Source of the DNA: Macrostomum hystrix | Taxonomy: Eukaryota; Animalia; Platyhelminthes | Direction: 5' to 3' | Assembly: GCA_950097015.1 (NCBI GenBank) | Contig: CATNEN010000038.1 | Coordinates: forward strand, 3,100,001 to 3,164,000 | Length of the DNA stretch: 64,000 nucleotides | Part shown: piece by piece, positions 33,663-46,500 of the stretch | Numbering within the stretch: the stretch's first letter is position 1 | How the letters are laid out: every line of letters begins with the position of its first letter | Notes under the pieces: model-generated | The model's input: only the letters and a program-made list of their open reading frames with translations | Database searches by the model: none | Told to the model about the DNA's origin: nothing | Made by a program: the position numbers and the translations under genes

Positions 33663-36600
33663 AATACGAGGGACGTAAGTCGAGGCCCCGTTCCTCCGGA
33701 AAATCCTTTAACAAATTCCAGGCCTCAGAGTTTGTAAATAGTGCGTATAAAATTGATAACCAACGTTTTGCTTACAAGAAAAATAATTATTATTTCAACA
33801 AGTTTAATCAGCCGCGAGAAATGAGACAGCACCATGCGTATGCACCCAGCACTGCAAAAATGCAAGCACATGCAAAAGCACCAGTTACACCATGAGAAAC
33901 AAGTCAGAAAGCCGCTAGCAAAGAAATTAAAAGTGAGTCACCCATTGAGACGATCAGAATCCCAGAGCCGGTCAAGAAAGGTCAGGAAGCAATTGTGAAT
34001 GGAAAGATACGAAAGCGAGATATTATGTTTTTGATAGACACAGGAGCCGGAAACAACTTCTTAAGTAGGAGTTCATGGAAGAGAGTGGTTTGTGACGACG
34101 AGATAGAACCATGCAATTTGAGAGTCACCACGTTTGACGGATCAGTTGTGTCACTTAGAGGTGAAGCAATGCTTAAAGTGAAGTTCGGAGAAATTGAGAT
34201 TGAGACAAGATTTCTTCTGTGTGACCACGACTGTGACGACATCCTTGGAATGGACTTTCTCACAGACTACTGTGATGGTATCAATTTCAGTAAAGGAGTC
34301 TTGGTACTGAAAGATGGGATCTGCATCCCAATTCAGTTCACAAGACTACCTGTTCGAATTCGACGAGTCTATTGCCAGAATCAGATCACGATACCAGCGA
34401 ATAGTGCTTTGAAAGTGCCAATCCGATTGGGAGAAAATGCCGAAGCTAATTACGGTACTCCCATGGTGATTGAGACTAATGACGGCTATATTGCAGCCAA
34501 AGGTTATGATCTGGAGCTAGTACCAGCATTAGTAACCTTGAACGAAGGAGTTGGAGTCATAGAACTAGTCAATAAACAGAACAGAGAAGTCAAAGTGAAA
34601 GGAGCAGCTCTTATTGGCCATTAACAGCGAAGAACTTGAATTATTTTGTTAATTCAATCAATTCGAGTCAAAATACCGGACAAGTCAATGCTGTAAAGAG
34701 AGAGGAAGCCTCAAAGGACATTGATGAATGGATCAAGGAGGTTAACATCGGAGAGATGAATTCGGAACAAAAGGAACAAGTTATACAATTGCTGAAAGAG
34801 AACAGAGCAGCGTTCTCTCAGACCGAGCAAGATATGGGTCTGACACATTTGGTGACGCATGAAATTGCTCTTAAAGATACTACGCCAGTCAGAATACCGA
34901 CTCGCAGAATTCCGCCTCATTTGCAAAAACAGGTGGATGATTTGCTTGATGACATGCTGGCCAAAAACCTGATTAGGCCATGTTATAGCACCTATTCGAC
35001 ACCCTTGGTCCTAGTACCAAAGAAGGATGGTACAATAAGGATCGTGAGTGACTTTCGAGTACTGAATTCTCGTGTGGAGTACTATCCGTATCCGTTACCT
35101 AATATTCAGGAGACATTCTCTCACCTTACTGGAAGTCAGTATTTCAGCAGTTTAGACCTTAACTCTGGATACTGGCAAGTCCCAATTAAAGAAGAACACA
35201 AACATATGACTGCATTCTCGACATTAACTAGGGGCCAGTTTGAGTACCAAGTAATGGCTCAAGGCTTGTCAAATGCACCTGGAACCTTCCAGAGGTTGAT
35301 GAACCTTGTGTTGATCGGCATTCAACACAAGTTCGCGATGTCGTACATCGACGATATCGTTACTTACTCGAAGGAATTCGATGAACATCTGTGTCACCTA
35401 CGAGAAGTGTTCCGGAGATTATCCGAAGCTGGACTGAAATTGAGACCAAGAAAATGTAATCTGTTTCAAGAAGAACTGAAATATCTAGGCCACATAGTAG
35501 GCCGAAATGGAATTCGAACAGATCCGGCCAAAATCGAAGCCATCCGATCATGGCCTACTCCGCAAGACGTCAAGGAATTAAGAAGTTTCTTGGGCCTATG
35601 CAACTACTATTGTAGATTCGTTAAGGACTATGCCGAAGCAGCGCATCCGCTGTTTCAGTTAACCAAAAAGGGTATAACGAACTTTAAGGAGAAATGGAAC
35701 TCGAAACATGACGAGGCGTTTGCACTTCTAAAGCAGAAAATGATGTCCACCGATGTGTTGGCTTATCCCGAATTCTCAGAATATGAAAATGTCAAAATGG
35801 TGTTAGACACTGATGCATCCGAAGGAAGGATAGGAGCCTGTCTGGGACAAATCCAGGCAGATGGAGTAGAAAGACCAATCGCCTATTTCAGCAGGGCAAT
35901 GACGGAATCTGAAAAACGATATCCGATAACACGAAAGGAATTGCTCGCCTTGGTGGATGGTATGAAACACTTCCGATTCTATTTGATCGGGAAGAAGTTC
36001 TTGGCACGTACCGACCACAAAGCGATCCTGTGGCTACTACGTCAAACAGAAGCCCAGGGTATTTTAGGAAGGTGGATCGAACGGTTGAGTGAGTTTCAGT
36101 ACGAGATCCAGCATAGAAGCGGAGCTAAGCATAGCAATGCAGACAGCTTGTCTAGAAGACCATCGGAAATTAAAGAGGCTTCTGAAGCAAAGATTAACCA
36201 AAGTCAAATCACTGGACGAGCCATGATGAGTCAGAGCTGTCAGACAGACAGTGGCATCGATACAGATGATGATGATGCGAATGAAATTTTCGTGGACGCA
36301 AGAGACTATTTCGAAGATGAGGAATTGGAAGAGACAACGGCATGCCGAAAATTATTAACAGATTTCCTGTCAGTACCACTGACGAAGGAACAGCTGGTTA
36401 TTGCACAGAGAGAGGATCAGGACGTTAAAATCCTGATTGAGTGGAAGGAACAAGGAATACTGAGGCCAGAATTACCCACAGGGGCTAGCCACGAGCTGAA
36501 AAAGATGATCAAATCATACGAGCAGATGAAGATTGAGGATGGAATGTTAACCATCGTGACTGACGGTACCCGGAAAGTAGTACTTCCGAGTGGAATAGAA

Positions 36601-38259
36601 AAAGAGGTCCTCCGAGAATTGCATGACAGTCCTTTAGCAGGACATCTTGGACGAGATAAAACCGTACAAAAGGTACGAGAGCGATTCTGGAAACCTGGCC
36701 TAGTTACTACTGTAGAGAATTATGTGGCCGAGTGCATCCCATGCCTCGAGAGTAAAGCAGGCAATAAGGTGAAGGCACCGGTGCAAACATTTCCTGTGTG
36801 CGAGGCATTCCATCGCCTACACATTGATCTGATTGGGCCGATTTCTAAAGAAAGCCGACGAGGACACAAGTACGTGCTAACAGTCATCGACAGCACTACT
36901 AAGTTCCCGTTTGCATTTCCAATCAGGAATCAAAAGTCGGACACAGTTATTAAACTCCTACAAGAAAGAATTTTTAGTGAGTATGGTCAGTGTCGTTGGA
37001 TCCACACTGACAACGGGAAAACTTTTGTGAGCCGTCAGTTCCAGGCGTTTTGTACATTGTATGGTATCAAGCATACCTGCACGACGCCATATCATGCGCA
37101 AAGCAACGGCCTTGTAGAAAGATTTAACCGTCAGATAAAGTCCATCATCACCTGTCTAGTTGAGAAAGACCACTCCGACTGGGACCTGTTGATCCCAGCA
37201 GCTTTAGTGGCTGTTCGAACGAGTGTAAATCAGACAACGGGATTCACTCCACATTATCTATTGTTCGGACGTGAGGCGGAGTTGCCAATAGACAGTGTTG
37301 TCAAAAGGCCCAGATTGTACTACGACTATCCTAGCTATGTAGCTGATCATGCTAAAAGAATTGAGGAGATGCAGAAGGTGGTTCAGAAGAAATTAGAAAA
37401 GGTGCGAGACCGTCGGGAGCAGGCTGCTGAGACAGTGATCACCAAGGCCGTGCCAATCGGCGGTCTCGTATTGATAAACAATCCACAGTTGCATGGTGAC
37501 GAGAGTCATAAATTTCACCGAAAGAAGAGAGCCTCTTACAGAGTGTTAGCTAAGCTTTCGGATACAGTTTTCCGAGTTCAAAAAGAGGAGGATGGAAAAC
37601 TAATCGGTGCCATGCTGCTGGTACACCGGAATAATCTGACTCCTGTACCGAACTCGGTCAAAGCTACGGATATGACCATAAGTTCTGACGTAGAGAAGAG
37701 AGAACAAACAGATAAGGGAAGGCAGGAGACTGCTCAGAAGACCAAAAAGAGAAGGGAAGCGCAACCTAGGATGGTAAAAAGGCCAATCCAGGAAATCGAG
37801 CAAGAAGAAAGCTCTGACTCAGAGGAGGAAATAATCCAATGGAGAGCCCGCAAAGGGACAGACATAAGTGGAAGTGAGGTTGAGGAAACTGATGGAGGCC
37901 CAGACACGGAATCTGGAAGTTCGGCAGAAGAACTTATGGAAGACTCTGAAACGGAAACGGAAGAAGAGTTAGAAGAGTCGGAAGAAGATAGTGAAGAAGA
38001 ACCTGAAGCGGAGCCATCAGGCCATAATGCTGTAGAGGAACCAGCCCGTGAGGAGGAAGCTGAGGACCGAGCGGATGCAGCCAGCGAAGTGGCGGCACCA
38101 CTTCAGTGGCGAGAGGTGCGGTACAACCTGCGGCCAAGAAAATGCCCAGTCATCAATGAGCCAGTAGGTCCGACACCTGTCACGAATCACCGGGAGGCAC
38201 CGCGTAAGCCTAACAAGTATGGCTTTGTGCCAAGGAAGCGGTACTCCCACTACCAGTGA
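33659..38259 (+). pseudogene. pol: Pol polyprotein (protease, RT, RNase H, integrase, acidic tail) in the -1 frame, interrupted by one stop and one frameshift
   Basis: PR FLIDTGA..ILGMDFL; RT LDLNSGYWQV, YIDD; RH TDAS; IN HHCC and D,D-35-E. In-frame TGA at 33893-33895; frame change at ~34622 (PR in one frame, RT-IN ORF 34636-38259 in another). Confidence 0.88.
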
Positions 38260-38460
38260 TGGCAGCAGCAGCAGCGGCGGCAGTGACAGCGGCGGCAGCA
38301 GCAGCGGCGGCAGCAGCAGCGGCGAAGAAGCAGAGGCAACGGGACTGAGGACGGTGACCTGATGCTACATAAAGTAAAATTGACTCATGCGGCTTAAATA
38401 ACATTATTACTAAAAATATCACTCATGCTTTATTCAATTTTTATTTTAGGGAAGGCAAGT

Positions 38461-38844
38461 TGTAGTAGGGATGCTTTTATTATTTCTTTAAAGTCAAATT
38501 CGTGCCTATGCTTTTTGTTTGAATGCGCAAAATATTTTTTATATGTAATATATTTTAAATATTTTGTCAAATTCGTTTACTTTAACAAACATTTTCTTAT
38601 GTGTATATAAACGAGTGTAATTCAGTTGAGACAAATCAACGTGCCAGTGTGGCGAAAAGCAAATAAGCTATTACTGAAGAAGAAAAGTGTTGAGTTGGTT
38701 ATTTGAGGCTGTGACCCTCTGATCCACAGAAAACGCCCAGCAAAGACTGGAGAATAGTAAGCCAGTGCCTTAGAAGGTTAAACCGCTCGTGCCGAGTGAT
38801 ACGCTACCATTAGAGGGAAAAGTAGAGAGACGAGCCCTGTCACA
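38461..38844 (+). repeat. 3' LTR
   Basis: Near-identical to the 5' LTR. Confidence 0.97.
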
Positions 38845-38999
38845 AAATCATTAATTATTACATTGATCTAGTTTCAATTCGGTATGCTTCTCCAATAAAT
38901 TTAACTATACTACATCTTTAAGAAAAGTTTTAGGTTTAGTCAAGTCATTTGTTATATACACTGTGGCAGGCTGGCAGCCAGGCCTGCATGTAGTGGTTT

Positions 39000-39129
39000 T
39001 CTGGTGCATTCTCACTCAAACCCCTAACTGACTAGTCTAGGATAGTTACACCACCCATTAGCTTGCTAAGCCAGGGGGTTGTTGAATCACACCACTCTTG
39101 TACACTTCACCACACTGAGCCTCTGTATT
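39000..39129. repeat. ~130-bp dispersed direct repeat, copy 1
   Basis: TCTGGTGCATTCTCACTCAAACCCC...CTGAGCCTCTGTATT recurs at 41195-41324 with few differences. Confidence 0.9.
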
Positions 39130-39826
39130 GAAGACCTTTATAAAATTTAATGTGATTTATCATTCCCTTGCCTTATTTTTTGTGACACTTAACTTGAAAT
39201 ATTACTACAACTATTTACACTATAAATACACAAGACAGCAGAAGAGCAAAAAATTGAGAGAGGAAAGGATGTGAAAAAGAAAGAAAGTAAGAGGAAAGGG
39301 AAAACCAAAGGACAATAAGCATTGAAAAAGGACACAATGGGTAAAGACAGTGGGATGAAGACAGAATATAATGAAACAAAGAGGATAGACAAGAAAGAAA
39401 TCATAAACAAAGAGGAAAGCCTAAATTCTTTCTAGATTCTAGATTTAAGACTTAGCATAGCTTAGCTGCCTACGGAGCAGCTTAAGGAACTTAGGGAACT
39501 TACTTGGGTACATTTTATTATATTTGTGAGGTCAAGACTCAAGATGGCTCTCAGCAGGGCAAGAGTGGTCTTTATGAGGATTGTTGCTCCTACTTGTTGA
39601 AAGGGGAGAAATTAAGTCCTTGGGTGGTTAACTGGTTAAGCGGACAAATAATCAAACAGCTATTTGTCTGGTTAACCGGACAAAAAACAACTACCTAAAA
39701 TTAAAGGGTCAAAAATATACTTTAATTTACATAAATTTTAAAGTGGTTTTGCTAATAGGCCAAATTAAAATTTAACTCATTAATACTCAATTTAAATGGA
39801 TCAATTAAACCTAGACCATCTGAGTT

Positions 39827-40212
39827 GGTACCTGGACACTTTGTCATCTTACAACTTTGTCATCCAGATAATGATCTGTCCAATATCTCAGAGGGTGGAT
39901 GACAAAGAGACTTAAGACTTGTGGACACTTTGTCATCTATAAAACAAAAGCTTTCAAAGTTAGAACAGAACCACCCTCCCCGCCCCTCCTCACATTGTGT
40001 TGGCACCTATCTTTCAACTTCTATAATGAAATCAGTTTTGACACCTCTTTTTGACAATTTAGAGTTTGAAGTGTGTTCACACCTCTGCCCTACCACCCCA
40101 CCCTCACTTTATTGATGACAAACTTGATTGCTTAGGCCTATTATTTGTAGATGATGAACTGACCAAACTTTAAAGCATGCCAATTGGCTGGATGACAAAG
40201 GTTCTAGGATCC
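39827..40212. mobile_element. Possible MITE / non-autonomous DNA transposon
   Basis: Imperfect 22-bp inverted ends (17/22) containing CTTTGTCATC; the same motif recurs internally in both orientations. Confidence 0.35.
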
Positions 40213-41194
40213 TCTGAGTCAACCCTGTCAATGCTGCATTGCTAGATATCTACTTTTTGCTAGGCCTATTTGCTGGGAATCTGGGATATGTACTAAAGTA
40301 TTAGCATAGGGGCCTAGCCTAAAGAACTCCAAGAAAATTCGTTTTTCCTATAGGCCTAGGGCCTAGCCTCAGGGTAAAGGAGTACACAGAATTATTTAAA
40401 ACCTAAAAATATGTAGCAATTATAGGCCCCCTACTTACTTGAACGTATTATTTGTAAATAGGCCTAATAAGAAGTAAATTTATTAGTTGTAAATTATTTC
40501 TTATTTCAGAATTTAAAACTAAATAAAGCCTATAAAAAGCCTACATCTTTAATATAAAAAACTACTCGTGAGCTACGCATTGCGACTTGGGCTAGGGCCA
40601 AGCACCATCATGATTAATGACAATGACATGATCATTCAATTTAATGATTCATAGATAGAGTTAAGCCTATGACCCACTTTCGCGCCAACGACAAGGGGTT
40701 AAAACATTTAGTTAGAGGATCGAAGATGCAGATCATTATTTTTTTCCGAGTCACCGACACGAAGCTTCAACTTGAAAGTCAATAAGAACATAAGCCGTCA
40801 TAAGGATGTATATAGATAGTAAACTTAGGCTCAGAGTCTCAGAGAGGCTCAGATAGTAAACTCAGAGTCTTAGTGTGTCTTAGTCCGTTGGTCCATGCCA
40901 GTCTTCAGTTTCGAAGAAAGATTAAGAAAATTTCATTAATTTAAACAAATTTGTATAACAAATCTGGCCTTATGACTTCTTCAAGTGGTATAAAAATGAG
41001 CTTAAATAGTTAAGTTAAAAAAATAAAGAAAGGGAATACTTTAGATTATGCTTAAAATCGTTAAAAGCGCACCCCAGCCAGTTGTGCGGCCTTTAAGATC
41101 AGCGACGAGCATGTCGCAATAAAGGCTATCTATCGCTGGCAAAGGTGTACCACGATCTCTTCTTAATCTGGCTTGCTCCGGGGTAATGCTTTTC

Positions 41195-41324
41195 TCTGGT
41201 GCATTCTCACTCAAACCCCTAACTGACTAGTCTAGGATAGTTACACCACCCTTAGCTTGCTAAGCCATGGGGGTTGTTGAATCACACCCATCTTGTACAC
41301 TTCACCACACTGAGCCTCTGTATT
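41195..41324. repeat. ~130-bp dispersed direct repeat, copy 2
   Basis: See 39000-39129. Confidence 0.9.
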
Positions 41325-41409
41325 AGTGTTTTTCGAGCCACTTGCTGAGCCGCTGTTTGAAAAGCCGTTCTGGCACCATGGCAATGCATCTGGTTAGAGC
41401 AATATTCAG

Positions 41410-42300
41410 CCATTATAAGGTTGCCAGGGTCCTTGTCATTTTCAAAATCGGAAGATGACAGCCCGGCGCCAGCCGGCAGGAATGGGTTCGCCGTTCCAGG
41501 TGCTATTGAACAATTGGTCAGGAGGCGGTTCTCGGCAGAAGCGAGGAGCTCTGCGTCAGCCATCAGGTACTCATTAGGTGATCGGCCTGTCCAGGCCGAC
41601 TGCCCGCCCCGTTTTGAGACTTTAAAGGACGACCCGCAGCCGTCCAGGAAGGACAACCAGGAAGAAGTCGCTCTCATCAATTCACTGATAGTGGGAGAAC
41701 GGCGGCAGGCCCGGAGGTGGACTTTTGCCTGAGCGTGGACGGCGCAGTCGTTCTGTCCGACCTCTAGTCTGGATTCGCTGCACTTCTGGATTAGCCGTGG
41801 CTGTTGGTATGGTGAATTGCGGCGCTGGTGCAGGCCGGTGAGGCTTCACCGCGGATGTTCCTGGCGAGGCGGTACAAATCCAAGCTAACGCCGAGCTGCT
41901 CACAGGTCGCGGCCCAATATTCTTTGTGACGTCGGCGATAGTCATCGGGAGCGTGTTGCGGGAATGCTTGAATGTTGGTGACGTTGGCCGCCTCGGTGGT
42001 ACGTCTGGTCTCGCGGCATCGCAAGCAGCGTACCAGAAAGACTTTTGCTGCTGTTTGCCTGCGCCTATTGGAATGGAGGCGGCGGCCGCACAAACGATGT
42101 CCTGGCACAGCGTCTTGTCCTCCTCCTGGCACTGTAGTTGCTGCTGCTCACGCTGGGCAGGCACCCTAGATCGGCGCTATTTTCGACCATGCCTGCTGGC
42201 TGACGATGGCGTGCCGGACTCTGCAAACGGTGCGGCCAGCGTTAGCGCCCTGTGATGCTCTGATCTTTACCTTGATGCAGCTAGGGTACTTTGAGAGAGC
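41410..42300 (-). mobile_element. Degenerate non-LTR retrotransposon (LINE ORF2 linker / pre-RT region) with frameshifts
   Basis: Fragments in different frames resemble I/Jockey-group ORF2: IVCAAAASIPIG..KSFWYAACDAA; YRRRHKEYWAATCEQL..LYRLARNIRG; PFS; SPNEYL; DKDP. Recognised by eye only. Confidence 0.55.
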
Positions 42301-43594
42301 CAGCAGTTTTCCTGCACCTTTTGGATAAAAAGCAAGCAATTTGCGGCGAGGTACAGAACGAATTTGCAGGACTCGCCGGAAACTGAAAGCGAGTTATTAT
42401 TTAATGTTAAAAGAGCGTCGTAACAGCATCAAGAAAACTTGATACAGTAAGTTCATCCGAAAAGTGCAGCCTGCTCCTGCAGGCAGTTTCTTGTTGAATT
42501 ATATTTTTTTCATCCAACATCCAACAAGTACAGTCTAAAAGCAACGTTCGGTTGCTTAATAATTGGCTACTCAATTATTCACTGACTAAGGTTCGTAGTC
42601 TGTTAAGATCATGCTTTCATGGATGTTCTTGTCCATAGACATAACGGGTGTGCATTGTCCCATATGCGACAATTTGACAGTAAATTATAGCATGCCATTT
42701 GGTAGAAAGTACAGGCGTGCGATTTTGGTAAACGTAACACGAACTCTTGCCTGCAAAAAAGTGGACGTCAGCGCGCGGTAACAATCGCATTCAGTCAGGA
42801 CGAAAAAGTTTTTGAAATTATGAAGATCTGTAAAAAGCTAGACAATCAATCAACATGCATGTATTGATACTGCACAGTTCATGAATTGTACAGCTGCAGG
42901 TATCTGTGTAAAATAACTGCCTTAACGTCAACACCCTAAACAGTAGAAACATGATGAGAGGCGCCAGGGGCGCAAAAGGAAACTCGTATAGTTATAACAG
43001 TAGTGCATTGTTTCTATGGCAACTGAGTGACGTTAGTTAGACGTACCATGCGTGTAATTAGCAGTCGATGCCTCTTAGCCAATCGGACCAGCTCAAAAAG
43101 CAAGCTCAAACTGCATTCGTGTTCTTCTCTGCCATGCATGCAAGAGCGACTGAATCTGAAGGCAGTTTTATTCACAATTTATTAAGAAAATTCAGCCTAT
43201 AAAGTGCTTGTTCTACAGCCAGTTTTCGCAACAACAAAGTTCGATCAAATCATTGCCTTAATCAGCCACAAAGAACTGGGCCATAGCAGCCGAAAACAGA
43301 CAGCTAGGTCTGAAGCAATTTTATCAGTCAGAAGTTGCAAATCTGAAGCTTTGAATAAAGAAAATATTTTGCCAAAACGCTGAGCTCTCGCCAACTACCG
43401 CCACCAAGTAAATGTTATCGGACTATCATTTGCTGTGGCCCAGGTGAATGGGGTGATAAGGTGACATAAAAACCAAGACGTTTAAATTAAAAAAACTGCG
43501 CAAAACCTGGCTTTCAGTTTCAACTGGGATTATATATATATATTGCACAAAAACAAGGTTTAGCGTAAGCAAGCATTCAATAAATTAGCGGGCA

Positions 43595-46500
43595 ATGAAA
43601 CGGACTAATAAAACTCCCAGCTGGGGATACGACAATGACAACGGTAAGAAACCTTTACGTTAAATTATTTAATATGAATTTTTTATGTCAGGAATGATCT
43701 CTAGCTATGACGGGAATGATATCCAATTATGAATGAAATTATCTCTGGCTATGACGGAATGATATCCAATTATGAATGAAATTATCTCTGGCTATGACGG
43801 AAATGATCGATTTCTATGACAGAAATGATCTATAACTATGACGCGAATGATCTCTGGCTACGACATGAATAATCTCTGGCTACGACATGATGCGAATGAT
43901 CTCTGGCTATGATGTGAATAATCTCTGGCTATGACATGAATGATCTCTGGCTATGATGTGAATGATCTCTGGCTATGATGTGAATGATCTCTGGCTATGA
44001 CATGAATAATCTCTGGCTATGACATGAATGATCTCTGGCTATGATGTGAATGATCTCTGGCTATGATGTGAATGATCTCTGGCTATGATGTGAATGATCT
44101 CTGGCTATGATGTGAATGATCTCTGGCTATGATGTGAATAATCTCTGGCTATGACATGAATGATCTCTGGCTATGATGTGAATGATCTCTGGCTATGATG
44201 TGAATGATCTCTGGCTATGACATGAATAATCTCTGGCCATGACATGAATAATCTCTGGCTATGACATGAATAATCTCTGGCTATGACGTGAATAATCTCT
44301 GGTTATGACGTGAATAATCTCTGGCTATGACATGAATAATCTCTGGCTATGACATGAATAATCTCTGGCTATGACATGAATAATCTCTGGCTATGACGTG
44401 AATAATCTCTGGCTATGACGTGAATGATCTCTGGCTATGACGTGAATGATCTCTGGCTATGACGTGAATAATCTCTGGCTATGACATGAATGATCTCTGG
44501 TTATGATGTTAATAATCTCTGTCTATGACATTAATAATCTCTGGCTATGATGTGAATAATCTCTGGCTATGACATGAATAATCTCTGGCTATGACATGAA
44601 TGATCTCTGGTTATGAAGGGAATAATCTCTGGTTATGACATGAATAATCTCTGGCTATGACATGAATAATCTCTGGTTATGAAGGGAATAATCTCTGGCT
44701 ATGACATGAATAATCTCTGGCTATGACATGAATAATCTCTGGCTATGACATGAATAATCTCTGGCTATGACATGAATAATCTCTGGCTATGACGTGAATG
44801 ATCTCTGGCTATGACGTGAATGATCTCTGGCTATGACATGAATAATCTCTGGCTATGACGTGAATGATCTCTGGCTATGACGTGAATGATCTCTGGTTAT
44901 GATGTTAATAATCTCTGTCTATGACATTAATAATCTCTGGCTATGATGTGAATAATCTTTGGCTATGACATGAATAATCTCTGGCTATGACATGAATGAT
45001 CTCTGGCTATGACGTGAATGATCTCTGGCTATGACGTGAATGATCTCTGGCTATGACGTGAATGATCTCTGGCTTTGAAATCACACCGCAGGGCCGCACA
45101 CCTGGTCGCGCCTCTATCCAAAGGCGGCCGGAGCCTTCCAGTCGCCAGTCAACATTGAGTTCAGCCGGGCGGTGTACTCAGCCAGGCTAAACAATCCACC
45201 TCTGCTTTGTCGCTACCTGGAATTGCCTGACTGCAAGCTGAGCAACAGTGGGCACAGCTTCCAGGTGGCCAGCGGCAGCGGGGAGCTGGCCAGTAAATGC
45301 CGTTCATTTTCACCTGGTGTTTATTTGGCTTTGTGATCTAGGCAGCATCAGATCTACTGTGAGAGTCAGCATTAGATCTACTGTGGGAGTCAGCATTAGA
45401 TCTACTGTGGGAGTCAGTAAGATCTACTGTGGGAGTCAGCATTAGATCTACTGTGGGAGTCAGCATTAGATCTACTGTGGGAGTCAGCATTAGATCTACT
45501 GTGGGAGTCAGTAAGATCTACTGTGGGAGTCAGCATTAGATCTACTGTGGGAGTCAGCATTAGATCTACTGTGGGAGTCAGCATTAGATCTACTGTGGGA
45601 GTCAGCATTAGATCTACTGTGGGAGTCAGCATTAGATCTACTGTGGGAGTCAGCATTAGATCTACTGTGGGAGTCAGTAAGATCTACTGTGGGAGTCAGT
45701 TAAGATCTACTTTGGGAGTCAGTAAGATCTACTGTGGGAGTCAGTTAAGATCTACTTTGGGAGTCAGTAAGATCTACTGTGGGAGTCAGCATTAGATCTA
45801 CTGTGGGAGTCAGCATTAGATCTACTGTGGGAGTCAGCATTAGATCTACTGTGGGAGTCAGCATTAGATCTACTGTGGGAGTCAGCATTAGATCTACTGT
45901 GGGAGTCAGTAAGATCTACTGTGGGAGTCAGTTAAGATCTACTGTGGGAGTCAGTAAGATCTACCGTGGGAGTCAGTAAGATCTACTGTGGGAGTCAGTT
46001 AAGATCTACTTTGGGAGTCAGTAAGATCTACTGTGGGAGTCAGTAAGATCTACTGTGGGAGTCAGCATTAGATCTACTGTGGGAGTCAGTAAGATCTACT
46101 GTGGGAGTCAGCATTAGATCTACTGTGGGAGTCAGCATTAGATCTACTGTGGGAGTCAGCATTAGATCTACTGTGGGAGTCAGCATTAGATCTACTGTGG
46201 GAGTCAGCATTAGATCTACTGTGGGAGTCAGCATTAGATCTACTGTGGGAGTCAGTAAGATCTACTGTGGGAGTCAGCATTAGATCTACTGTGCATGGGA
46301 GTCAGCATTAGATCTACTGTGGGAGTCAGTAAGATCTACTGTGGGAGTCAGCATTAGATCTACTGTGGGAGTCAGTAAGATCTACTGTGGGAGTCAGCAT
46401 TAGATCTACTGTGGGAGTCAGCATTAGATCTACTGTGGGAGTCAGCATTAGATCTACTGTGGGAGTCAGCATTAGATCTACTGTGGGAGTCAGCATTAGA

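Larger units (their letters stand above)
32311..38844 (+). mobile_element. Full-length Ty3/gypsy LTR retrotransposon, recent insertion
   Basis: LTRs 32311-32693 and 38461-38844 (TG..CA; only a 1-nt indel noticed); 4-bp TSD AAAT; PBS TGGTGGCAGCGG at 32698 (tRNA-Leu type); PPT AGGGAAGGCAAG before the 3' LTR; domain order gag-PR-RT-RH-IN. Confidence 0.97.

Noticed and set aside
41421-42255. Plus-strand ORFs 41421-41732 and 41926-42255 as a host gene
   Set aside because: Better explained as the antisense of a frameshifted LINE fragment.
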